Below, one piece after another: positions 8,515-17,767 of a stretch of 34,883 nucleotides of DNA. The stretch's first letter is position 1. The number at the start of each line of letters is the position of its first letter. This stretch comes from Silvanigrellaceae bacterium (GTDB lineage: Bacteria; Bdellovibrionota_B; Oligoflexia; Silvanigrellales; Silvanigrellaceae), in assembly GCA_049423385.1 (NCBI GenBank), contig JBMSQQ010000030.1, forward strand, positions 1 to 34,883. The letters run 5' to 3'. Below the pieces are notes generated by a model. That model worked only from the letters and a program-made list of their open reading frames with translations. It had not been told where the DNA came from and ran no database searches. The position numbers and the translations under genes are program-made.

Positions 8515-8753
8515 GCTATCACCTTCCGGGGGGCTGACAATTGCCTTGGAGCCAACATCATCACCTCCTTCATGATCGTTGTATTTGGATTTTTACTACA
8601 CTCGACCGTTCGAAGCGAACCAGGGCATCCAATCGGACCGAAGTGGCTGCATTTTTTGCCCAACAAAATCGAAACACGCGTGTATGACAAACAGTTCCTT
8701 TCAAACAATCATTGAAACATGCGGACCAGTTGATTCCAATGAGACGAAATCAG

Positions 8754-9359
8754 ATGAAGAACAAGTCGAAAACTCTCTTGTATCCAATCTTCCTTTCGAT
8801 TGTCACTGTAGTTCCATGTCAGTCACGCGCAGCAGTCGATGATCTGCAAATTTTTCAACGGGCCGGAATTTCGCGCTCCATGGGCGATCTGTCGATCAGT
8901 CCCTATCATCTGAGTGCCCAGGCAGGATTCAACAGCACCCTGAATTCCTTCGCATCCACCATGGGACTTGATGTGACCCACGAGGTCTCGGTCTATTACG
9001 ATTCTTTCAAGACCAGAGGCGAGAACACCCTTTTGTTTCCGATCACTTCACTCGCACAGGCACGCATCCTTGAGCCCGCAATAACCTTTGAAGCCTGTGC
9101 ATTTTCGGCCACCCCCATCCGTTTTTGCGCGGGTGGTGGATTTTCACTCGTCCATCTTCAAACAACGATACAGAATTATCAGATGTATTTTGGCCTGCCT
9201 GCAAACCTGCGACTGGTTTATGTTGCCCGGGAATCTCCATGGTTCTTTGAGGCAAATGCTCGCTACAGATCATTCCGCAATCGCATCGAGGGCTTTGTGA
9301 GCAAGCATGCCGACATCACGTACATGTTGGGTGTTGGCTACCTGAGGACTGCGCTTTGA
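8754..9359 (+). CDS. Hypothetical small outer-membrane beta-barrel protein
   Basis: Signal peptide, alternating hydrophobic strands (FCAGGGFSL, FFEANARY, YMLGVGY), size compatible with about 8 strands. Confidence 0.6.
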   Translation: MKNKSKTLLYPIFLSIVTVVPCQSRAAVDDLQIFQRAGISRSMGDLSISPYHLSAQAGFNSTLNSFASTMGLDVTHEVSVYYDSFKTRGENTLLFPITSLAQARILEPAITFEACAFSATPIRFCAGGGFSLVHLQTTIQNYQMYFGLPANLRLVYVARESPWFFEANARYRSFRNRIEGFVSKHADITYMLGVGYLRTAL

Positions 9360-9400
9360 CTTTAAATCCTGAAGTTCATGGTCATTGGAGTTGTACAAGC

Positions 9401-10699
9401 ATGATAACAAACTTCACCCAGCTTTCATTGATTGCAATTTTCAGTTGTTCGACAACAGCATGCAACTTTTCAGCACAGCTGTTGAATGAGGAAGACGAAT
9501 CCGGCGCTTCCCGGAATTCAGACGACACCTTCACGGGTGCAGCCAATCCGGCGCATCCAGTTGTGAGGTGGCGAAAGGAACAGAAGCTGACGCTCAAAAA
9601 CGCAGCCTTGGCTCAAATCGCCGAGGCAGCTCATCGTCCTCTGCAGCTTTTGGCATCTGGACAATACTTCTCGTGCACATTGAACCCAAAAAAGGAAATC
9701 CAATGTTGGGGTCTTCAAGGCTTCGGTGCAACCGGAAAAGATCCGGAGGTCGATTCAAGCAAGCGGGATGGCACCAATTACTTTTTGCCGTACAAGGAAA
9801 AAGTTAAAAAAATATCAATCATGGACTTCTCCACATGCATACTCACGACGGATTCGAAACTCTATTGCCACGGTTCAAACAGCTATGGCCAATTGGGCGA
9901 TGGCTCGACCAACAACAGTTTCAAACCCGTCGTGCCGGTTGGGCTCGAAGACAAGGTCTCGTGGATCAGCTCAAGCAACAACAAAACTTGCGCAGTCACA
10001 CATGAAGGACAGTTGCGTTGTTGGGGTTACGGACTCACAAAGACTCCCTCAAAGGTGATTGGTGCCCCGGAAAAAGTCATGACCATCGCGCTTGGCGCTT
10101 CACATCAGTGTTTGTTGACGAAGGATTTTGGCGTTCAATGTTGGGGCAGCAACTCCAATGGACAACTGGGCAGCAAGGAATTCACGGCTTCAAGCGCAAC
10201 CTCTCCCATTCCTGCCGACGGGCTCGACACTGACGTGGTCCAGATTGGGGTTGGAGGCAATCACACCTGCGCGGTTCTCGCCAGCGGTCCGGTCAAGTGC
10301 TGGGGCTTGAACAACAAGGGCCAACTCGGAATTGGAAACAACGACAACCAATCGACGCCGGTTGAAGTCGTGGGGCTTGCCGGAGAAGCTTCGACGCTGG
10401 CTCTTGGCAACGATTTTTCATGTGCACTTCTGAAAAATGGTGGTGTCGATTGCTGGGGACTCAATGCGTCGGGGCAGCTCGGCGATGCAACCAACGAAGA
10501 CCACAACAAACCCGTTCCGGTGAATGGTCTGAGCAAGCCCCTTGTGTCGTTGTCTGCTTATGACAAGTACGTCTGCGGTGTGGATACCGACAACGCTGCT
10601 TGGTGTTGGGGCGGAAATTATTATGACCGGTTGGGCAACGGCCCGGTCGATGGCGCGTACAGAGACTCGAATGTGCCGGTCAAGGTTTCAGGCTTCTGA
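9401..10699 (+). CDS. RCC1-repeat (beta-propeller) lipoprotein
   Basis: Lipobox TTAC; repeated H/F-x-C...CWGxNxxGQLG units; GGAG RBS. Confidence 0.9.
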   Translation: MITNFTQLSLIAIFSCSTTACNFSAQLLNEEDESGASRNSDDTFTGAANPAHPVVRWRKEQKLTLKNAALAQIAEAAHRPLQLLASGQYFSCTLNPKKEIQCWGLQGFGATGKDPEVDSSKRDGTNYFLPYKEKVKKISIMDFSTCILTTDSKLYCHGSNSYGQLGDGSTNNSFKPVVPVGLEDKVSWISSSNNKTCAVTHEGQLRCWGYGLTKTPSKVIGAPEKVMTIALGASHQCLLTKDFGVQCWGSNSNGQLGSKEFTASSATSPIPADGLDTDVVQIGVGGNHTCAVLASGPVKCWGLNNKGQLGIGNNDNQSTPVEVVGLAGEASTLALGNDFSCALLKNGGVDCWGLNASGQLGDATNEDHNKPVPVNGLSKPLVSLSAYDKYVCGVDTDNAAWCWGGNYYDRLGNGPVDGAYRDSNVPVKVSGF

Positions 10700-10763
10700 A
10701 CAGCACATTTTGAAGCTACAACCCAACCCTCAATCAAACCGGCAAAATTCGCACGGTTCCCCG

Positions 10764-10792
10764 TTCTTGCTTCCACGGCAAAATGCTAGAAT
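10764..10792 (+). promoter_or_regulatory. Putative sigma-70 promoter (extended -10) for the DUF3015 pair and nnr
   Basis: TTCTTG-N17-TAGAAT with TG at 10784-10785; GGAG RBS at 10810 follows. Confidence 0.5.
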
Positions 10793-10821
10793 CAGACAGC
10801 TTCAGTTCGGGAGATGCGGTG

Positions 10822-11394
10822 ATGAATTCAGGGAACTTCCCCAGACTCATGCCAGTTCTAATGTGTTTGGCAAACTTGCCTTCGATTTCCTTTGCTCAAT
10901 CGCTTCCAGACACGGGAGGTTGGGCAGTTGTGAATGCACCCACTCCAGCCCGACGCTATGGAATGGCAGGTTGCGGCATGGGTTCGATTCTTCTTCCGAA
11001 TGGGCCGCACTTCATGACCTCAATCCTCAATGGACTGGGATGGAATCAGGTTTTCATGATCTCGAGTGGCACGTCCAATTGCCAGTCCGAGAATTCGCAG
11101 GCGGTCATGCTTCAACAGGAACATTTCATCGCAGGAAACTATCGCGATGTTGCGCGTGAGGCCGCTCAGGGTCACGGAAGCACGCTGCACGGCCTTGCCG
11201 GCACACTCGGCTGTGGAGATTCCGATTTTGGACGTTTCTCCAGGTTAACCCAAAACCACTATCAGGATATTTTTTCGCAACCGGGTGCACTGGCAGCGCT
11301 CTCGGCAATCAAGAGCAAGGTCAATGCAGACACTCAACTCGCTTCCAGTTGCAAATTCGCCGCGCTGCCCACGGGTCGCGGCGAAAAGATGTGA
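10822..11394 (+). CDS. DUF3015-family secreted protein
   Basis: Signal peptide; YGMAGCGMGS, ISSGTSNC, FI..N...V..EAAQG.G..L..LA..LGC pattern. Confidence 0.8.
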   Translation: MNSGNFPRLMPVLMCLANLPSISFAQSLPDTGGWAVVNAPTPARRYGMAGCGMGSILLPNGPHFMTSILNGLGWNQVFMISSGTSNCQSENSQAVMLQQEHFIAGNYRDVAREAAQGHGSTLHGLAGTLGCGDSDFGRFSRLTQNHYQDIFSQPGALAALSAIKSKVNADTQLASSCKFAALPTGRGEKM

Positions 11395-11404
11395 GGCCTG
11401 AGAA

Positions 11405-12448
11405 ATGAAAAAAAACGTTTTGACCCACATTTCGGCGCTCACGTTGATTGCTTTTTGCGATCCAACAGCACACGCGGGTGTCAGACACAGTCGAAGCCTC
11501 GGAGGCACCGGCCAGCCGATTCCAAAAACAGAATCGCGTCAACCCAACCCAAATGAGACTCAACCCATCCAGGGCGGGAACGCCATACAGGGACAACAGC
11601 CTTACCCACAACAACAATTACCGACTCAAATGCAGGGCGGCGCACCGCAGGTGCCTCCATATCAGCCGATGATTGTTCCGCCACCGGTACCCGTGCAGGT
11701 TCCAACCCAAATGTCTTTTGAGCCTCCCGTTCAGGTTCCGCAGCCTGCGCAAGGCGCCTCGCCCGCGCAGGTTCAAACCCAAGTACCGGTGCAAGTTCCG
11801 GCCCAGGTCCCTGTGCTGGCTCCAGTGCAGTCACCACAACAACCAAACGCAGCAAACGATGGACAAACTCCAATTGCATTGCCCCAGGCACCCATCGCTG
11901 TTCCTGCTGCACCAACTGTCGAGTCACAGCCAGCGACTGCACCCCAGCTCCCCATTCAGGCAAAGCCATCACTGCCTCCCTTGCCGGCGGCCGCAACCTT
12001 GTCCGATCGCTACGTTCGACCCTCCTATGGCATGGCCGGCTGTGGTTTGGGCTCCATGATTTTCAAGAACAACCTGCGTTCCGAACAATGGCTTGCATCC
12101 ATTGTGAATGATCTCATCATTCCCCAGTCGCTCGTGATCACGACCGGCACGTCAAATTGTGTCGACGTTGATGAGGAACAAATGCAGGCCGAGCAGGAAA
12201 TTTTCATCGACACAAACTTTCATGCCCTGCGCACGGAATCGGCCCGCGGCGAAGGAGAAAACCTGCGCGCATTTGCAGATCTCCTGGGTTGTCAGAAGGA
12301 AGGACTTTTCGACTCCTTTGCATCATCTTCACAAGGTCAGCACACCTACATTTTCTCAGACAGCCAACCTGCCTCCATTGCCGAACGCTACCGCGAGGTT
12401 CTCAAGCGTTCGCGCGCGCTCAAATCAAGATGTGAACGTCTTTTCTGA
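11405..12448 (+). CDS. DUF3015-family secreted protein with a long Pro/Gln/Val-rich N-terminal linker
   Basis: Signal peptide ending AHA; low-complexity PQV region; YGMAGCGLGSMIF...TTGTSNC...ARGEGENL..FA.LLGC. Confidence 0.8.
   Translation: MKKNVLTHISALTLIAFCDPTAHAGVRHSRSLGGTGQPIPKTESRQPNPNETQPIQGGNAIQGQQPYPQQQLPTQMQGGAPQVPPYQPMIVPPPVPVQVPTQMSFEPPVQVPQPAQGASPAQVQTQVPVQVPAQVPVLAPVQSPQQPNAANDGQTPIALPQAPIAVPAAPTVESQPATAPQLPIQAKPSLPPLPAAATLSDRYVRPSYGMAGCGLGSMIFKNNLRSEQWLASIVNDLIIPQSLVITTGTSNCVDVDEEQMQAEQEIFIDTNFHALRTESARGEGENLRAFADLLGCQKEGLFDSFASSSQGQHTYIFSDSQPASIAERYREVLKRSRALKSRCERLF
11545..12000 (+). repeat. Low-complexity coding region with imperfect [V/A]QVP repeats
   Basis: Recurrent codon units such as gtgcaggttcca, gttcaggttccg, gtgcaagttccg and gcccaggtccct. 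Confidence 0.6.
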
Positions 12449-13983
12449 TGAGCTTGCCGGTTCTTGAAACAGAACGGGTCATGGATGTTGAAAACGACCT
12501 GATGGCTCGTGGCACCTCGTTGGAACTCCTCATCGATCGCGCCGTTCGCGGTTGTTCTGACTGGATAACGAAAAATTATCCACGTGTTGAATTCCCAGCC
12601 GTGGGCATTCTGGCTGGAAGCGGACACAATGGGGCGGATGCCTTGGGAATAGCCGCTCATCTGCTCGATGAAGGCCGGTTGGTCTGCGCCATTCTCTCGG
12701 CAGGAGAAGATAAACTCAAACCGGCAACACGCGCGGCCTTGCAGGCGTTCAATCAAAAAGGCGGCAAAACACATTTCGCAACATCGAATGATTTTTTAAA
12801 ATTCGATGATCAACAGGATTCACCGTGGACGGTACCTTCACTTTGGATCGATGGACTGCAAGGAACAGGCCTCAACAGGCCACTTGCCAATCCCTCCCAA
12901 GCTCTGGTCATGCGAGTTCAAGCCCAGAACAAACCAATTGTGGCCATCGATATTCCCAGTGGCTTGCAAGGCAATCTTGGCCACTTTCAGCAACTGCATT
13001 CGAATTGCATCCACGCGAGCGAAACCCTTGCCCTGGGATGCTTGAAGCCTGTCCATGTTCTCGACACTTGTCTCGAGGCACTGGGAAAAGTGCATCTCAT
13101 CCCTCTGGGCTTTGAAGAAATCATCGCAGAATCATCATCAGCCACTTGCTTTGCTCTCACTGTGGAAGACCTCACGGACCTGCTGAAAAGTGCCAGGCGC
13201 AGGCCTGCTTCACACAAATTCAAAAATGGTCGCGTCTTGATTGTTGCAGGTTCAGAAAAATATCCGGGCGCAGCAGTGATGACCTGCATGGGCGCCGGTA
13301 TTTCTGGCGCCGGGATGGTTCACGCACTCGTTCCGTCGGAAGCCCGACAAGCTATCCTCAATCACACACCGGAAGTCATCCTTGAGCGACACCTTCCCGA
13401 GCTATCCTCGTTCGATGCGGTCGTGATGGGCCCTGGTTGGGTTCCTGCGGACGAGCAGATGTTCAACAAGGTCATGCAGCATGTTGCAGAACATGAAAAT
13501 TGTTTTGCGGTGCTGGATGCGGGGGTTTTTGAAGTTCTTGAAAAAGAATTCGGCAATGGACGCAAACTCAATTCACGCTGCCTGCTCACTCCCCACGGAG
13601 GGGAATTTGCCCGGCTGTTCCCGGGCATCTCGGTTGACAACCGCAATGGCAACATCAACAGCATCGAAGCCGCAAAACAGGCTGCATTCGCCTGCAATGC
13701 AATCGTCTTTGCAAAGGGGGCACGCAGCTGCATTGCCTTTCCAGAGGGGTCCGCAGACGTCATCCTCGAGTCGACACCTTTGCTTGCACATGCAGGCCAA
13801 GGCGATGTTCTTGCAGGACTGCTGGGTGGGCTTCTGGCGCGCATGAAAGATCCCAAAGGAGCCGCGCGTCTCGCAGCTCTTCTTCAGGCGCAAGCTGCGC
13901 TTCGATTCAGTAAACGCTGTCCAGCGGCATTGACGATTTCGCCGCTCGAACTTGTTCAGCAAATCCGAATGCTTGATTTTTAA
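12448..13983 (+). CDS. nnr: Bifunctional NAD(P)H-hydrate epimerase/dehydratase (YjeF/Nnr)
   Basis: GSGHNGAD, IDGLQGTG, AIDIPSG (YjeF_N); HKFKNGRVLIVAGS, MGPG, LTPHGGEFARL, AGQGDVLAG (carbohydrate-kinase-like domain). Confidence 0.92.
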   Translation: MSLPVLETERVMDVENDLMARGTSLELLIDRAVRGCSDWITKNYPRVEFPAVGILAGSGHNGADALGIAAHLLDEGRLVCAILSAGEDKLKPATRAALQAFNQKGGKTHFATSNDFLKFDDQQDSPWTVPSLWIDGLQGTGLNRPLANPSQALVMRVQAQNKPIVAIDIPSGLQGNLGHFQQLHSNCIHASETLALGCLKPVHVLDTCLEALGKVHLIPLGFEEIIAESSSATCFALTVEDLTDLLKSARRRPASHKFKNGRVLIVAGSEKYPGAAVMTCMGAGISGAGMVHALVPSEARQAILNHTPEVILERHLPELSSFDAVVMGPGWVPADEQMFNKVMQHVAEHENCFAVLDAGVFEVLEKEFGNGRKLNSRCLLTPHGGEFARLFPGISVDNRNGNINSIEAAKQAAFACNAIVFAKGARSCIAFPEGSADVILESTPLLAHAGQGDVLAGLLGGLLARMKDPKGAARLAALLQAQAALRFSKRCPAALTISPLELVQQIRMLDF

Positions 13984-14062
13984 TCAGAAAAAGAATAATC
14001 ACGCAGGCGCATTCACTTCATCACAATTTCATCAGACTCAATCTCTCCAGAGAGGGGAAACC

Positions 14063-15184
14063 GTGAGCATTCAGAAAATCGCGTCAGCCCGCAAGGCAAC
14101 ACGTTTGGGACTCTTGATACTTTCGCTTGTCTCAGGCTGCGGCCAACAGGACGCGTCTCTTGAACCAGTGCGCTCCCTCTCGAAATTCACGGCCGTGAAT
14201 TTTCAGTCTGGCGCGGACACTGAGAAGATCATTGGCAAGAATGATCTCATTCCAGTCGCCAAGAACGGTGCCAACATTCCGCAAAAATATGCGCCGCTCA
14301 TCGACGCCTTCGGAAAAATGTCGATGGGCTGCACGGCAACTCACATTGGAAATGGACTGGTGATTTCTGCAGGGCATTGTTTTGGTGCTCCCAGACAGCG
14401 CACCAGCAAAGACTGTGATGCAGTGACCATCGAGTGGGGCGTGCGTCAGGATTCACCAGCCTACCTGACCTCCAAATGCAAAAGCGTGCTGGCTGCGCAA
14501 GCAAATTATGAAGAGGATTACGCGATCTTTCAGGTGGAGCCTGTTCCACCTGTGAAAGTTGAGTTCAATTTTGATGCCAGACCCGCGATTGGAACTGTGC
14601 TGACTCAATTCAGCCATCCGGGAGCACGACCACTGGAGTGGTCGCAAAACTGTTCCCTTCAGACAGCGGCTCAGGGCGGCTGGGGCAGCAACCAGTTCAG
14701 TCATCAATGTGATTCCGAACCTGGCAGCAGTGGCAGTGTCCTGATAGACGATGCCTCCTTGGCTATTGTCGGCATTCACAATGGCGGCATGGATCAATGG
14801 AATTACGCCACATACCTCACGGACACACCGCTGCGGGAGTTCATCGGGCGTGGTGGCTCGACACCGGTTCCTCTTCCCGAGCCCGCAAAACCAGTGGAAT
14901 TTCCCGACCAGCATTTCGGCCCATTCCCAAACAGCAGCTCTATTCTCCTGAGTGAATTCGGAGCGGTTTTGGGCAAGAAGATGTCTTTTGATCTGCTCAT
15001 GGACCTCGAAGAGGGCAAAGACTTCATCCGGATTGAGTACGGCATTGATCAGGCCATGGAACTGACCGGATTCCAGCAGCGCTCGTTCAGAAATCTCGCA
15101 CTGCCGTTGAAGATCTCGTTCAGGTCCAGCAAATACATTCGCTCGACCACGGCAATCTTTAAAAACATAAAAATAATGCCGTGA
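14063..15184 (+). CDS. Lipoprotein serine protease (V8/glutamyl-endopeptidase-like) with a C-terminal CUB-like domain
   Basis: GAGGGG RBS before GTG; lipobox VSGC; IIGKND, GCTAT...ISAGHC, DYAIF, CDSEPGSSGS, VGIH; Pro-rich linker then FPN...DLEEGKDFI...ISFRS. Confidence 0.85.
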   Translation: MSIQKIASARKATRLGLLILSLVSGCGQQDASLEPVRSLSKFTAVNFQSGADTEKIIGKNDLIPVAKNGANIPQKYAPLIDAFGKMSMGCTATHIGNGLVISAGHCFGAPRQRTSKDCDAVTIEWGVRQDSPAYLTSKCKSVLAAQANYEEDYAIFQVEPVPPVKVEFNFDARPAIGTVLTQFSHPGARPLEWSQNCSLQTAAQGGWGSNQFSHQCDSEPGSSGSVLIDDASLAIVGIHNGGMDQWNYATYLTDTPLREFIGRGGSTPVPLPEPAKPVEFPDQHFGPFPNSSSILLSEFGAVLGKKMSFDLLMDLEEGKDFIRIEYGIDQAMELTGFQQRSFRNLALPLKISFRSSKYIRSTTAIFKNIKIMP

Positions 15185-15265
15185 GGTTTATTCTCACGGC
15201 ACCAGAAAAATCTTGAATGCCAGTATCATGCCAAAGCAACGCAGTGAAAACTGACGAACATCAAA

Positions 15266-17767
15266 TCAATGCGCAGTATCCTGCTGCGCCGACTCTGCCA
15301 CCAGGCGAACTTGTCCGCCAACTGCAGCACCCTCGGCTCCATTGACTGTTGCCGTTGCCTTGAAGCCACCCACCAACGTTTCGTTCCACAGGTCGTCGAT
15401 TTCGCCAACAAAGCGAATCTCGACACGCTTGCGCAACGACGCCGGCAATTCCGCGACGGAAGACTTGTTCTTTTCGGGCACACAAACTGTTTTGATGCCA
15501 ACGCGAAGTGCTGCAAGAATCTTTTCACGCAGACCACCAATTGGCAGCACGCGTCCGTGCAACGTAAGCTCGCCCGTCATGGCGACGTCCTGACGAACCG
15601 GGCGACGGAGGAATGCCGAAAGCAATGCACAGGCAATCGTCACGCCGGCACTTGGGCCATCTTTTGGAATCGCTCCTGCGGGAAAATGCAGATGCACATC
15701 CGTTTCGTTGAACACCTTGCTGTCGAGACCAAGCTGGGTTGAGCGGCTCTTGATGTGGCTGAGAGCAGCATGAGCAGACTCTTTCATCACATCACCCAGT
15801 TGGCCCGTGAGGGTGAGCGCGCCCTTGCCGGGCAGCAGGTTCACTTCGATATAAAGAATTTCACCACCCACAGATGTGTAGGCCAGTCCGGTTGCAACAC
15901 CAATGCGCTGAGCGCTGCAATCGTGCTCTTCCGAAATGTAGCGTTCTTCGCCCAACAGTTCACGGGCAACTTTCGGAGTGACCTTCCAGGTCTTGCGCGA
16001 CTTGCCAAGTGCATCAGATTCAGCAACGTTGCGTGCAATCTTGCGGGTGATGGCACCGATGTGCTTCTCGAGATTGCGCAATCCTGATTCGCGTGTGTAG
16101 TTGTTGATCATCAACTCCACCGCTGCATCCTGAATCTGCACCAAATCCGTGGTCAAGCCTGTTTGCTCGATGGATTTTGGGATGATGTACTGTTTTGCAA
16201 TTTCGCGCTTCTCATCTTCGCTGTAGCCGCTGACCTCGATGATCTCGAGACGATCACGCAACGGCGCAGGAATGGTGTCCAGACGATTGGCATTGGCGAT
16301 GAACATCACCTGGCTCAAATCAAATGGCACGTTGATGTAGTGGTCGGAAAATGTGTGGTTCTGTTCCGGGTCGAGAACCTCAAGCAGTGCCGAAGCCGGA
16401 TCACCCTTGTAATCCGAACTGAGTTTGTCGAGCTCGTCGAGCATGATGACAGGATTGCGAACCTGAACGTTCTTGAGTGCCTGCATCAAACGCCCCGGTT
16501 GGGAACCAACATAGGTCCGGCGGTGTCCGCGGATTTCCGCTTCGTCACGCATCCCACCCAGGCTGAGTCGAACAAATTTTCGTCCCAGTGCGCTGGCAAT
16601 CGAGCGGCCCAGACTTGTTTTTCCAACACCGGGAGGCCCCACAAAACAGAGAATCGGCCCCTTGGCATCAGGATTGAGTTTCTTGACTGCAATGAATTCC
16701 AGAATTCGGTCCTTGATCTTCTCGAGGCCAAAATGATCTTCTTCGAGGACCTTTTTGCAACGCACGATATCGAAGGTTGTCTCGCTCAGTTTCGCCCATG
16801 GCAAGTCAACCAACCACTCAATATACGTGCGGGTGATGGTCGCTTCACTGGAGTCCTGGTTCATGCGTTCCAGACGTTTGAGTTGCTTGGTGGCTTCCGT
16901 GAGTGCCTCGGCCGACATCTGCGCGCGCTGAACACGTTCGCGCAATTCGTCCATTTCATCCTTGCCGTCGAGTTCACCCAGCTCCGAGCGGATGGCGCGC
17001 AATTGTTCACGCAGATAATGTTCCCTGCTCGCACGACCCACTTCTTCCTTTGCAGCCGTCTGGATGCGCGCCTGGGCACTCGAAACCTCGAGTTCGCGGA
17101 CGAGCAACTTGTGCACGCGACGCAGTCTTTCCAGACCTCCCTGCGTTGCAAGAATCCATTGCGCATCCTGGATGCGAAGATTCATGTTGCTGGCCACCAA
17201 ATCAGCCAATCGGCCGGGATCGGTCACTTCCTCAAGCAAAAGCAAAATGTCGGGAGTCAAAGCACGTCCAAGCGCCACCAGCTTTTCAAGCTGATCACGC
17301 GTTGTCCGCATCAATGCCTCGGCTTCGGAGCCGTTTGTCGCATTGGCTGTCGAATCCGTCATTGCACTCACCTTCACCATTGGAAAAGGCTCTTGCTGAC
17401 AGAGTTCCGTGATGCGCGCCTTGCGCACACCTTGAACAAGCACCTTCACACGTCCGTCGGGCAAGCGCCGGGTGCGCATGACAATGGCCACCGTGCCAAC
17501 ATCGTAGACGTCGAAAGGCACCGGAGACGTCGCTGATAGTTCAGGACTGTCCTTGGAAATGTCGGCGTTCTGGGCCGCGTTCACGGCACCGTCGATTTGA
17601 AACGCCGAAAGCAAAATGTATTTGTCTTTTGCCATGGCGGCCTCGACAGCCTTCAAGCAAACATCTTCCGCAATGAACACCGGAAGAATCATTTGCGGGA
17701 AAACGACGATGTCCTTGAGAGGAAGCAGGGGAAGTTGCTCTGGAAGTTTATCTTGAACAGCCTGCAT
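15266..17767 (-). CDS. lon: ATP-dependent protease La (Lon)
   Basis: LPLLPLKDIVVFP N-domain; GPPGVGKT; RRTYVG; PKDGPSAG Ser and GGLREK Lys dyad; AAGGAG RBS before ATG 17767. Confidence 0.98.
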   Translation of the reverse strand: MQAVQDKLPEQLPLLPLKDIVVFPQMILPVFIAEDVCLKAVEAAMAKDKYILLSAFQIDGAVNAAQNADISKDSPELSATSPVPFDVYDVGTVAIVMRTRRLPDGRVKVLVQGVRKARITELCQQEPFPMVKVSAMTDSTANATNGSEAEALMRTTRDQLEKLVALGRALTPDILLLLEEVTDPGRLADLVASNMNLRIQDAQWILATQGGLERLRRVHKLLVRELEVSSAQARIQTAAKEEVGRASREHYLREQLRAIRSELGELDGKDEMDELRERVQRAQMSAEALTEATKQLKRLERMNQDSSEATITRTYIEWLVDLPWAKLSETTFDIVRCKKVLEEDHFGLEKIKDRILEFIAVKKLNPDAKGPILCFVGPPGVGKTSLGRSIASALGRKFVRLSLGGMRDEAEIRGHRRTYVGSQPGRLMQALKNVQVRNPVIMLDELDKLSSDYKGDPASALLEVLDPEQNHTFSDHYINVPFDLSQVMFIANANRLDTIPAPLRDRLEIIEVSGYSEDEKREIAKQYIIPKSIEQTGLTTDLVQIQDAAVELMINNYTRESGLRNLEKHIGAITRKIARNVAESDALGKSRKTWKVTPKVARELLGEERYISEEHDCSAQRIGVATGLAYTSVGGEILYIEVNLLPGKGALTLTGQLGDVMKESAHAALSHIKSRSTQLGLDSKVFNETDVHLHFPAGAIPKDGPSAGVTIACALLSAFLRRPVRQDVAMTGELTLHGRVLPIGGLREKILAALRVGIKTVCVPEKNKSSVAELPASLRKRVEIRFVGEIDDLWNETLVGGFKATATVNGAEGAAVGGQVRLVAESAQQDTAH

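Noticed and set aside
8560..8570. ATCACCTCCTT, identical to the 16S rRNA 3' tail
   Set aside because: The flanks show no rRNA similarity; treated as a minus-strand SD instead.
9650..10690. Repeated DNA units as a possible CRISPR or tandem array
   Set aside because: They are degenerate RCC1 protein repeats in frame; no identical repeats with spacers and no cas genes.
10542..11159. 205-aa alternative-frame ORF spanning the RCC1 and DUF3015 genes
   Set aside because: Overlaps two well-supported genes and a promoter; composition is not protein-like.
15212..15224. 13-bp CTTGAATGCCAGT also present inverted at 34599-34611
   Set aside because: Several 13-bp matches are expected by chance in 35 kb; there is no element structure or transposase between them.
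16163..17536. 457-aa ORF antisense to lon
   Set aside because: Shadow frame of a conserved gene; no motif or RBS, and explained by codon bias.
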